Source of the DNA: the human T2T-CHM13v2.0 reference genome, Homo sapiens
Length of the DNA: 64,000 bases
Assembly (NCBI RefSeq): GCF_009914755.1
Contig: NC_060939.1
Strand: one strand, 5' to 3'
Shown here: piece by piece, positions 41,480 to 55,479 of the stretch
Layout of the letters: every line of letters begins with the position of its first letter
How positions within the stretch are numbered: the stretch's first letter is position 1
Translations under genes and position numbers: made by a program
The notes under the pieces: model-generated
The model's database searches: none
Told to the model about the DNA's origin: nothing
Seen by the model: the letters and a program-made list of their open reading frames with translations, nothing else

Positions 41480-42803
41480 CAAAGCTATTTACATTAATGT
41501 GGAAAGCAAGAAAGAGGCAGTTTGGGAGTTTGTCTAAGGTGCACAAGCTCAGAGCCAGTTAGACCCATGCCCAGAAGCAGGAGGCTGCTGCAGAGCAGGT
41601 CTGGGTGCAAGAGGGCAGGGAGAGGCAGCTTTGGGCACCACCAGCAGGTACAAGGTGCTCAGTGTCACGGGGCTGGATGAGATCCCTGGATGGGAACAAA
41701 GAGCAGAGGACCCAGGAGTGCGTGCAGGGGTATGTGCGAGAGGATCAGCCAACGAGATGCACAAGGGGCAGCCTGTGAGGTGGAGAGGGCCCCCAGGTGT
41801 GGCATCACTGCAGCTGTGCAAGAGGGCACTTCTAGAGGGGGTGAGCTGCCAACGTCGCTGTGTGCCGGGCCCTGCTCTCGGTATCCAGCCTGTCTTACCT
41901 GATTTCATCCCACCGCAACCCAGTAACTTGCGTACTATCCCCATTTTCTAGATAAGAAGACCAAGGCCTAGAAAAGCTAAGTGACTTGCCAAGGTCACAG
42001 GTATTTGTAAGAGTTAGAGCCAGCATCTACCCCCAGGTAGAAGGGCTCCTGAGCCCCCAGTCTTAACCACTGCACCCTGTGGTCCCCAGAGAGGGTGCTT
42101 AGTTTGTTAGAACCATAGACCCTGGCTTTAACAACCTGGGGAGGACAGAGATGGGACCATAGGCTTGGGCAATGTGGAAACGGTGGGGGACCCTGACGAG
42201 CCCCGGTATTTTGTGCAGTGGATGGGAGTGGGCTGGGAGTGAGCCAGTGATGGCCATGGCAGGCAGCTTGTTCTGCCGGCTTTGCCATAAAGGGGAGCAG
42301 AGAAGTGGGTGGTGGCTGGAGGGGATGTGGACTCAGGGGAGAGGCATCAGTGCACGCATGTTGGCCTAATAGGAAGGGGAAAGAGAAGAATGCGTGAGAT
42401 GCATGAGAAAGGCTGCCTGCAGAGGCACAGTTCCATGGGGGATTGACTGTCCCCTCAAAGCTGCCCTGGGACATGGGTAGGGCTCGTTGTATTCGGCTCA
42501 TGATACAGAGTAAAGATCACAGGTCTAGAGTGTTGAATGGTGTGCCCGGTTTCCAGGGCTATGCCATGAGGACACAAGAGCAGTAGCCCCAGCCTCCATG
42601 TGCTCTCCTGCATACAGCACCAGCCTCCCAGGCAAGCAGGCCATGCAGGCTGGCATGAGAACTCTGCCTTGTGCCCACGAAGCAGTGAATGCTTGAGGAT
42701 GCAGCTGGCATGAGGAGTAAACCTTGACTTTTAATACTCGGCCAATACACTTTGGGGCTTTTAAAAGAAAGAATTTAGGAGCTTCCACTATTAAAATGTG
42801 TAA

Positions 42804-43160
<357 letters not shown>

Positions 43161-43734
43161 CAACGCTTTCTTAAAATAGTTATTTACTATTTTAAAACCA
43201 GAAAGAATACAACTGGGGGAGGTCCCAGATCCCTGTAGATGACTTGATGACTTAAAGTCAATTTTCCACGTAAGGCAAGTCAACACTCTTCTTTTCTCCT
43301 AAAACTGTGCTATTCCAAATGGAATGGTTTTTTTAATTTTGCTTTTGGATTGTTTATGGAGAACTGGAAAAGAACCAGGGCAGGGGAAGGTTCTCACGCA
43401 CTCCCAGGGTGACCAAGAAGCAGACTGCATCTTCACAGAAAAGGGCACAGGGAACGACGGAACAGTGAAAGCAAACCTTGAGGAAACTCGCCCATAGAAA
43501 AGCAAGATCCCAGCACATTCTGTAAACGTTACTATGCATTCGACCCAGAGAACAAAGACAGGCGTTTATAGACCTTTGTGGGTAACTACAAAATAAGATG
43601 TGCTGATTATTCCAGTTTTCTTTCCTGGTTGTAACCCCATTACCTAGATCAGAGTTTGGTACTTAATAAAGACTAGTTAAATAAATGATTGATCATTAAG
43701 TAAAAGGGATTAAAAAGGTACAAGAATTACCAGA

Positions 43735-45330
43735 GAAATAAACAATCCAAAAGAAAAATTAAGAAAACCATTCCATTTGCAATAGCATAAAAATAATAAA
43801 ATACTTAGGAACAACTTTCACCAAGGAGGCGAAAGACTTATATACTCAACACTACAAAAAACACTGCTAAACAAAATTAAAGAAGAGCTAAATAAACAGA
43901 AAACTATCCCAAGTTTATGGACTGGAAGACTTAATATTGTTAATGTGGAAATATTCCCCAAAATGATCTACATATCCAATCTCTACCAGAATTCCAACTA
44001 CCTTTTAAAAAAGAAATGTACAAGCTTATCTTCAAATTCACATGGAATTACACGGGACCCAAAATAGCCAAAACAATCTTGAGAAAGAACCACCAAGTTG
44101 GAGGACTCGCACTTTCTTATTTCAAAACTTACTACAAAGCTACAGTGATCAAAACAATATGGTACTGACTCCAAGATAGATATACAGACCAATGGAACAG
44201 AATCGAGAGTGTGGAAACGAACCTCTCTTCTGTGGTCAGTTGATTTGCAACAGGAGTCTCAAGATCACCTAATGGGTAAAGAATGCATTTTTCAGCAAGT
44301 GGTGCTGGAACAAATGGGTACAAAAGAATGAGTTTGGACCCCTACCTCACACCATATACAAAAATAATTCAAAATGGATCAAAGTCCTACATGTAAGAGC
44401 TATAACACTCTTAAAAGGAAACACAGGAGTAAATCTCTGTGACTTTGGGTTAGGCAATGGTTTCTCAGGTATGACACCAAGAGCACAAGCAACAGAAGAA
44501 AAAATAAATTGAATTTCATCATAATTTAAAACTTTTGTGCATCAAGGTGCATCATCAGGCAATTGAAGAACCACAGATACCACTTCACACCTACTAGAAC
44601 GCTTATAATTTTTTAAAAAGCAGAGAATATTAAGTGTTAACGAGAATGTGAAGGAGCTGGACCTCTCATATATTGCTGGCCGGAATGTAAAAGGGTGCAG
44701 CCAATGTGGAAGACAGTTTGGCTGTTCCTCAAAACGTTCAACATAGAGTTACCATATGACCTGACAATTCCAATCTTAGGTATACGCCCACGAGAAACAA
44801 AAACATAGGTCCACATAAAAACTTGTACATGAATCCTCATAGCTGTACTATTTGTAACAGCTAAAAGGTAGAAACAACCCAAATGTCCATCACAGGTGAA
44901 TGAATAAACAAAATGTGATCAATCCGTACAATGGAATATCGTTTAGCCATACGAGTAATGACGTTTTGATGCATACGACAATATTGAAAAACTTTGAAAA
45001 CATCATGCTAAGTGAAAGAAGCCAGACACAAAAGGCCAGGTGTTGTATTATTTCATCTATATGAAATGTCCAGGAGAGGCAAATCCAAAGAAATGGTAAG
45101 TGGATTAGAGGTTGCCAGGAGCTGGGAGGGGAGGAGGGAATGGGGAGTGGCTGCTTCATGGGTATGGGGTTTCTTTTTGTGGGGATGAAAACATTCTGGA
45201 ATTAGATAGTGCTGACGTTTACATGACATCGTGGATGTACTAAAAGCCACTGAACTGTCCACTTAAAAATAATTAAAATGGTGAATTTTCTGTTATGGGA
45301 ATTCTACCTCTAAAACACAAAACAAAGAAT
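43735..45330 (+). mobile_element. Old LINE-1 (L1M-type) 3' fragment: ORF2 end and 3' UTR
   Basis: ATTCCATTTGCAATAGCA...AAAATACTTAGGA, CAAAGCTACAGTGATCAAAACAATATGGTACT and L1M 3' UTR motifs. Confidence 0.9.
44132..44268 (-). CDS. PCSK6: Alternative L1-derived exon: (G)DLETPVANQLTTEE(R), used as a 46-nt cassette (44223-44268) or read through to FVSTLSILFHWSVYLSWSQYHIVLITVAL-stop (PACE4C/PACE4D-type)
   Basis: cattag acceptor in phase 1, internal AG|gttcgt donor, TAG at 44134-44132; peptides match recalled PACE4C/D sequences; lies antisense inside L1 ORF2 sequence. Confidence 0.82.
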
Positions 45331-45419
45331 TATCAGAGACTCCGTAGTTAAATAAGGCCCAGAGGTAAAAAGAGGCTTGAGATACAAAAGCTGTCATGAG
45401 ATTCCCAAGAGCCACTGAC

Positions 45420-45556
45420 CTTGCTTCTCCGGGTTGCGGACCTGGGATGGCAGATCTTGGATTTCCAAGGTCCACTGCCCTTCAGCCTTTTCTCCCCAGC
45501 AGTGGACAGTCATGAATTCCCAGTTTGTAAACCCTTCATTGGAAAGATCCAGCAAC
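45420..45556 (-). CDS. PCSK6: PCSK6 coding exon (~exon 13), P domain: [45 protein letters not shown](G)
   Basis: ttgcag acceptor, AAG|gtcagt donor; 137 nt; W[10 protein letters not shown] P-domain motif. Confidence 0.97.
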
Positions 45557-47040
45557 CTGCAATTGGAGGTGTGGTGTCAGAAATGAAGGTGCTGGTACTG
45601 AGTGGCTGGGCGGAGGGGCTGGCACAAGCAGGGCTCTCGGGGGACTGTATGACCTGGCTGGACCGTACCCCCAGGGTAGCGGGGGTCTGGCCCCAGCCAA
45701 CCCGAGGGCAAAGGGCACAGTGAAATGTGATCGTCTTTAAGCTCTTACACAGACTCTCTCCTCCATCACCTCCTTGAACCTCCTTAACATTCTGAGAGGA
45801 AGGCAGGCAGGCAGGCAGGTTTCATATAACCCAGTGAAAGATGTTTACAAGCTCTCACCAACAGAAGCCCCCAGTCCCGACAATTTCCTGCAGAAGGTGG
45901 CTGGCTCCTTCCCACCCAGCAACAATCTTACAGAGACCATAACTCCAGTGCCCGGATGCACGAAAGCAGACAGGGGCGGGGGTCCCCCTGGGGTACCTTC
46001 ACCGAAGCCCAGAGAGTGCTCACTAAGGACGCCTTTTGAAAGTGCTTGTTTGTGCAAGAATGAAACTTCCATGTTTGATTTCAAGCCAGCTGTGTGCACT
46101 GTTCTCTGGGAGACACAAATAAGGAAAGAAGAGCAGCTACTCAAGCTTGTGGGGAAAGTTCTGTCCCTTCACCTGCAGGGCTGATCCAGTCTCAACAGGG
46201 GCATTTGAGGGAGATGACAATGGCAGGGTTGGTTGCTTTTCAGTGGGAATGGGAGGGGCCCGTGGAGAGCGGGGGGAGGAGACAGCTCCCCCACCCCCAG
46301 CAGTACCCTCCTTGCAAGTCCTGATGAGCCTCCCTTTACCCTTCCCAACTCGAAGGTCTTTCCCAACTGTACCCTTGAGCCCCTGGGCCTTCTGCCTCAC
46401 ACTTGGTTCAGGCAGAAACAGGAAGCAACTAATCAACATCCAATCTCTTCCTGCACCCAGTGCCATCCTCAGAAGTGACTCTTTCTGTACTGGAATCAAT
46501 TCCAGGTTTTTTCCTCTTATTCTTTCTTCACAGTCTAATTTTCTATCTCGATTTTGGAATAAACATTTTTTTTAACATAGGCATCTTTATTGTTCATCAG
46601 AAATTGAAATACATAAGTTTTGAATGATGTAAGATTCAATTTCCAATCTGGGGGTTCTCTGAACACTCAATGTAGGAAAATGTTTATCTAGGGAACATTC
46701 TTTGCAATGGAGAAGAGTGAGGGGGAAGCATCCTGTGCTTTCTTCTAAGAAATGGCAAAGGTCAAGGCTGATTTTCACACTCGATGCCAAGCTGAACCCA
46801 ACACACTGGGGACAGAACAAGGACAAACTGTCTTTTAAGGGCTGAGGTGCTGAGGCACATCAATGGCTTCTTAGTGAAGAACCTGGCAAACTGATAAAGC
46901 TGCTAAATTAAGTAAGATGTGCAGTAGGATAGGAGGTCATTGATCCTAAAACACAAATTCTTGATACAATCACAAAATCTGCCTTGGAAAAAAACCAAAG
47001 TCCCAAGACTCAGATGACAGCTGGAGTAGCCTCAGGGTAG

Positions 47041-47562
<522 letters not shown>

Positions 47563-48356
47563 TAAGCAGGACACGTAGGGCAACCAGGCCCCTGTGCCAG
47601 GGATACATATATTATCACACTCAAGTCTTATAACAGTCCTAATGTTTACAGATAAGTGAAGTGGCATTTTCAGAGATGAGGAATAAAGAGAGGCAAAGGG
47701 ACTGGCTCCTGGGAGCCCAGCCAGGAGTGGAAGAGCAGGGTGTGGGCCAACTCTCCAGGGTCACTGCCACCCGCCTGCCTGCTACCTGCTGCCCCAGCCT
47801 CTCAGCCTCACCACAGGCTCTCCGTCAACCTGGGCCATCACCTGGGCCTGCACCCAGCTCTGGCTCTGAGTCAGGGGTCACAAACCTGGGTGCCACTAGG
47901 TGTGCGGCTGGAGTGAACGGAGAGCCCGTTGCTGGCCTCAGGGCTGCCAGCACGGAAAACATGGAGCACATGGACACACACTCGCCCACCTGCTCAGCTC
48001 CGGCCCAGTGCACGCAGGAACACGGGGCTGGTGTCAGACAGCTTCCAACTTTCCAAGAAATGCCAGAAATGAGGACTTTTAAAATCTTTAAGGTTAAAAA
48101 AATAAAATAAAAAACACCACGGGGAGCAACATAGCATCAAAAGCTGCAGCTCGTCCGCTGACACCGAACTGCTCGTGCCCGTGTGAGACCTCCCACAGGC
48201 AGAGGCACAGCACGGCCGGGCCTCCCGGCAGGAGGGAGAGGTGCCCCTGTGACACTCGTGCTATGAAAGGAGAATGTGGGATGGGCTGAGCTTGGTGCCA
48301 GGGTCTGCCTCAGGGTTGATTCCAGTGCACCGAGGACAAAGCTGGTGCCGGGCCCG

Positions 48357-48526
48357 CCACCTGCTGCCACCGCTCCAGCTTGCCTGCTGCAGAGAGACCA
48401 GGCTGCTGGGCAGTGCTGTGGGGGGCACAGCACAGGCCCCAATCCTCTGGACAATGGCCCTGTCTACCTTGCATTGCTGCTGAGTCAATTACCCTGTCTC
48501 ATACAAAGTGGTGGGGAGGGGAAGGG
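48357..48526 (+). repeat. ~170-bp segment duplicated at 50040-50208 (direct repeat, source copy)
   Basis: Near-identical sequence ...CTGCTGCCACCGCTCCA...TGCTGAGTCAATT...ATACAAAGTGG at both sites. Confidence 0.95.
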
Positions 48527-49558
48527 TTAAGCAAAGGGCAACCCCCAACTTCTGCCTGGTTCCATCTGAGAGCCTTCGCTAGCCCCTGTTTCTGAATCTC
48601 TGCAGCTCCCTATAGCCTACACAAGGGCCACAGCCTCAGGCAGGTCACCAAAGGAGTCAAGTGGGCCCAGAGTGGGCAAGGGGACCACACCCCAGAAGAC
48701 AGAGCAGGCCTGGTCCTGGGGGGCTTCCTGCAGATGATGTGGGCACAGTGCCAGTCCTGGTTTTTGAGAGAAGCTGGAAATGCTGATTTGTCCATGAAAT
48801 TTCTTTACTCTCTCTACCTCTTAGCTAGAAAGAGACAGAAGGTACCAGAATACCCTGGCCCCTCTTAAGTTCCCATAAACACCTTCATTCTAATTACCTG
48901 TAAGTCATATATTTGCATCAATGTATTTCCCCTTGTTTCTAAGTTTGTTAAAGAAATGACTCCATAGCCTCCCAAAAAACCATGTGCGAAGCTTTGGAAT
49001 TCCCAGCCCCTGAGCGCAAGAGAAGTTGGCAGAGAGCAGCCTGGGAGCACCTTCCCCACATACCACCCGAGCCTGTCTGTATTCCCGGGACAGGCCCCTG
49101 CTGGTGCAGGTTCTGCAGGGCAGCCCACGACTGGGTGGGAGAGCTGGTGGGGGGACAAACAGTGCTCCCTGTGGTACACATGCTCGATTCAAAAGCCAAC
49201 TGAATAGGATTAAATGACCTTTAATGCACTTCTAAGCAAAGAAGGCATAGCCAGAATTCCACAAATCCCTCCGCTAAACAACAAAAAACGAAACAACAAC
49301 TCTTTTGTCACTTCTCTCTGAAAAGGAAAGTTTTCCAGGACCTTTTGGAAGGCAAGGTTTCAGGGAGCAACTTTTAAGGTTTTTGGGGCCTACATGCAAG
49401 GGTCTCCAAGAGAAAGGAAGCTGCCAGCAGAACCAGTGGGAGTCCCCAACGCCAGAGGGCCTTGCAGAGACACTGTGGGCCCAAGACTGGACAGAAGCTC
49501 TTGTGCAGGGTCAATCTCAGTGAGCCCAGACCCCATCCCCACGCCTGCCTCGCCTTAC

Positions 49559-49747
49559 CTCTTTGCCAGAAGTTGAGACTTGGTTCCCGAGGGAGAAACC
49601 AGGTAGATCTGGAGGTCTCCTCGGCGTGGGTGTGAGATGGAGGTGCGAACCACCACGTGCTCCAAGTAGACCACCCGCTGGTCCGAGTGCTCCGCGCAGG
49701 CGCTGGTCAGGGCCGTAGTCCGCAGCACCTGCACTAAGGGGATGCTC
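49559..49747 (-). CDS. PCSK6: PCSK6 coding exon (~exon 12), P domain with RRGDL: SIPLVQVLRTTALTSACAEHSDQRVVYLEHVVVRTSISHPRRGDLQIYLVSPSGTKSQLLAK(R)
   Basis: ccccag acceptor, GAG|gtaagg donor; 189 nt, phase 2-2; seen in ORF 49555..49899. Confidence 0.97.
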
Positions 49748-49985
49748 CTGGGGGAGAAGGGAGGGCTCAGCACTTGGCACCGGAAGCATGAAGTCTCACC
49801 CACACAGCCAGGAGCTCCAGCGCCCGTCCACTCTATCCCCACTGCAGCCTCAGGGCCCTGCGGGCCCCGGGGAGCCGCAGCAGCCTCTGACTGCCTCACG
49901 TGGATGCTCCACTGTGAACTTTATCACCTGTCCTGAAGACGTTTATGCCTCTGGAATTTGCTTACAGAGATTTGAAAGATGGTTC

Positions 49986-50700
<715 letters not shown>

Positions 50701-53700
50701 ATCCCACTACTTTGTTCCGAAGACTAGCATTGAAAATAGAAGTCACAATGCTAAATAACAGCAATCAGCAAACATTTCCCAAGCTGACTGTGCACTGAGC
50801 ATAAGGCACTGGCCTGAGAATTTCCAAGGATTAACCCATTTAATCCAGAGGGAAATTAAGGACTGTACCCAAGGTGTAGCTAATGCGGGGAGGAGCTGGG
50901 ATTTGGGGCCCCAGAGCCCACGCCTCTGCCTCCAGGCCTCACTGCCTCCGCCTCCAGGCCTCGCTGCCTCGAATGGAAGCTCGCGTGGACCCACAGTCAA
51001 GGACACAGCTCGGAGTTCGGAGGCTGCCCTCTCATGCTGATCGAGGGTGCCAAGCTTGTGTGCTCCCAAATCTCCTGCAGAAAGCAGGGTCCCCTCACTT
51101 TCCTGCCCTGTCATGGAAATGGACGATGGTTCCCTTTACAAACTCAGGGCAGCTTTACCATATGGGATGGAGTCTGAGGGTAAAAACAAAGCCTCAATCA
51201 TTCAAGACTCCTTCCTGCTAGAATTTTCTGACACACTCCCCAGACCAAGCAGACTCCCCAGACCAAGCAGATCCAAAATCTGTACCCCAAGGCTGTTTCT
51301 GTGTCCAGGCTGGACCATCCTGCCAATTCCAGGCCATTAGGGTTCATGCCTCTTTGAACTCAGCCCCCGACCCACCCCAGTGATCTGCAGCTGAAGAAAC
51401 ATGGCATTCTTCAGTGCAGACCCACCGCCGCCCAGCAGCACATTAATAACTCCCCACCACACGACCGGTGCTTGGCTTATTACGGGGAGCGCTTTTCCCA
51501 TTATGCCTGGACTCTCCTCCCGGGAGGCATGAGGCGTTCTGCTCAGAGCCTCTCAGGAGTTACACTGCTTGGCTCTACTGGGCCCTGAGTCATAAAAAAC
51601 AATCAAAACAGTTATAAACAGTGATGTAATTCCCTCGGAGACTCTGTAAGTATTTGAAAACACGCTTTGCATGCACCATAAATTGATCTAGAGATGCTGA
51701 CTTCCTTCATTGCCTTCTCCCAAGCTTTACTGCTAGTGTTTACTGGCCAGCAGCCCCCGCTGCGGTAGATGGCGAACACAAGAGAAGGCTCTGGGGAGTT
51801 CCAGGACCTGCAGGGCCCATGTGTCTCTCCAGGTGAGTGTCCCCCATCCCCCACCTTCACCCCACACTAAGAATGTAAGGTGGGTACGTTAGGGAGAAGC
51901 AAGGTGTGGAGACGGAGAAACGTCTATGCCGGCAGACTTACTCAGTGCTCCCCTGGGGCTTCAAAATGTAGCTCCCAGTCAACCCCAAAAACCAGGAATA
52001 ACCCTACACTCTCACACTTCAACACCTTTCCAGTGCTGAATAGCAAGATCAAGGGGAAACAGACACAAAAGCCTTAACCAAGTTGAAGACACGGTCCCCA
52101 CACTCCAACCAATTGCTCATCGGTAGGGGAAGTGATCAATCTGCTCTAGAAATAGACCTGGAATCCTTGTGAAGAAGCTTTAATCCCATTGATAAGGCAC
52201 AGGGATGAGAGAACGGGAGCAGGGTAATTACAAGTGAAAGACAACCAAGCCCCACCTCTCACCTGCCCCGCCACTCTGAGCCCCACCCACAGAGCGAACA
52301 CCTAGAAAAAAAAAATCATTTCAGAGTATGAAAGTCTCTTGCATCTGACTTTTTTATTCCTGCTAAGGGACTCCAGCCGCTGCATAAAGAAGGCTGGGTT
52401 GGGTGTGATCCTCCGCCAGCCCCGCTGCTGCTGCCTGCAGGGAGGCTGGCTGGGGGCGGGAGCACCCAGCTCCTGCAGGAGTTAATGGCCTCACTTCGTT
52501 TGGTTTTCAAAGCCATGCCCTTACCTTCACCTGGGGGCTAGGAGCCCAGCAGCCTCCTGGAACAAGGCTAACTGTAACAATTAGTTTTTATGTGAAAGCT
52601 CTTAACTGCTAAATCACTCAGTTACAGGCCACCAGGACTCCTCATTCCTGTAAGTTCTGGGGCAGCGCGGGAGCCCAGGACAGCTACTATAGGAGGGCAC
52701 GCTGCCACCTTCCTGACATGCAGTTAGCTCCCCACACATTTTACTTCTGTGGTTGCTATTGAAACCATTAACCTAACATCCCCAATTAGAGTGCTTTTAT
52801 TAAGAAGAGAAATAAAAGAGGAGGCTTCAAAATGTTTCATGATCATTGTGCTCAAATTTTTCTGTATTTCAGATAGAAACTCCAGGAAGAAAATAAGGAA
52901 GCCATCTATCAAAAGTCATCACTTTAAAAAATTAACTCCAAGACAGAAAGTAGAACAGTCAATGAAAAAAACAGAAGTGGTTCTCCACCCTACAGTTATT
53001 TCTAAGGTAACGCTGAAAATGCAAGTCGACTGCCAAGTAATTTATCTTTCAAGTTAAACAATGTGCAGAGATTATCACTGTCACGTGAATACACCTACAT
53101 TGTACTTTAATGATGAAAACTGATTTAGAAAGATCTTAAAGTCCCCAAAGTAACTGAAAAGTGTCTTCTGCTATTAACTTCTGAAACTGTGGTCTATGTA
53201 CATAAAGCCATCTTCCGAGGACGCTAAGGGAGTCCACGGAGTTAAATGATCCCGCAAAACCTGCCTGGAGACCGTGCGTTGTTGAAGCCAGGGAGACGGC
53301 CAGACTTGGAAAAGATCTCTAATGACAGCAAATGCCACGTGCCACGCAGCCACATTTCAACGTTAATTACTCTGGTACTTCAGATGTTCTCCATTCATCC
53401 CAAATGCTCTCCACCCGCTCCCTTCTCCTGAGGAGGCGAAGGCCCACCAACAGTAGCCACCCTGCTGACTCCCTAGGAACTCCAGACCACAGATATGTTG
53501 GCCTCCTCCTATTTTTTTTTCCAATGCATAATACTATCTAATAGCAAAAATAAATATTTTCAAGTAACCGAGTGCCAGGGGAAGCAGGAAGACGGGCCAC
53601 AGGCTGAAACCCTCCGCCTCAAGCTCTCCACTTTTCCTGTTCTACCTGGGAAGCTACTCCATGTCAGTATTTCTCACTCCCTCCTTGAAGCCCTCTCCCC

Positions 53701-54174
53701 AGGTTGGCTTCCTGGACCAACCTGGATCCTTGCACAACGCACTTGCTTTGTTCCTCACTGGGCCCATGAATGTTCTAGGGCCATGTTGAGAGACCCTCCA
53801 GAATCAGGAGCCAGCAGCATCCTGCCAGCTGCTGTGCTGGCACCTGGCTTGGGGAGGAGAGGCTAAAGAACTGAGGCCCATTACAGCAGAAGGTCATCCA
53901 GGAAACCCTTTCACAGACCCGCTAACGGGAGTGAATGGAATGGCAAGAGTTAATTGGGACAGACTTGCTAAATTAAGCAATAGGAAAACAGCAGGTCGGA
54001 GGGCACACAGTGCCCGTGTGAAGGTGGCAAGAGGCTTCTAGGTCACTTCTCAGACCTGTGTTCCAGGATGCACGCTCTCAACAAGACTGTCGTTAGGCTC
54101 TGAGGTAAGCTGCTTCATTCATCTGTGGGCTTCCTTATTCATATGAGTTCAGACTGAGAATTTTCCTCACATGA

Positions 54175-54476
<302 letters not shown>

Positions 54477-54918
54477 AAAATTACTTTTGATGATCAAACC
54501 ATAGCACATCACTTAGGTGAGAAATAAAATTTAACCTCAAAAAAAAAGCTAATCCAGTACATTAACTTACACAATGCCGTCCACAGTTAATTGGGTCAGA
54601 AGGTGCTTTAATATGTCATGCTTAAATTTATAGCACACTTTTTCCTGTACGTTAAATGAGGGGACTGAATTAGCTGGCTTTAAAGATGCCTTCCAATTCT
54701 AACAGTCTACAATTCAACCTGAAGGGGAGTAAAAGAGAAAATAAAATATACAGTCAATCCTCATTATTCACATATGCTGTATCTGCATATTCACCTGGTG
54801 GCTGACATTTATTTGTATCCCCCAAACTAACACCTGCGGCACTTTGGTGTCATGTGTAGATGTGTGCAGAGTGGTAACATAATGAGTCCCCCAACGAGCA
54901 CACTCCCAGCTGAGGTCA

Positions 54919-55289
<371 letters not shown>

Positions 55290-55319
55290 TTAGTGCCACA
55301 TTTTTCACATTTTTGTGCT

Positions 55320-55479
55320 GTTTTTTGTTTTTTAGAGACAGGGTCTCACTCTGTCACCCAGGCTGGGGTGCAGTGGTGCAATCCTAGCTCACTGGAGCCT
55401 TGACCTCCTGGGCTCAAGCGATCCTCCCACCTCAGCCTCCCGAGTAGCTAGGACTGTAGGTGCAAACCACCATGCCTGG
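55320..55479 (-). mobile_element. Alu monomer/half (J or FRAM-like) nested in the MER82-like element
   Basis: Single antisense Alu arm. Confidence 0.88.
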
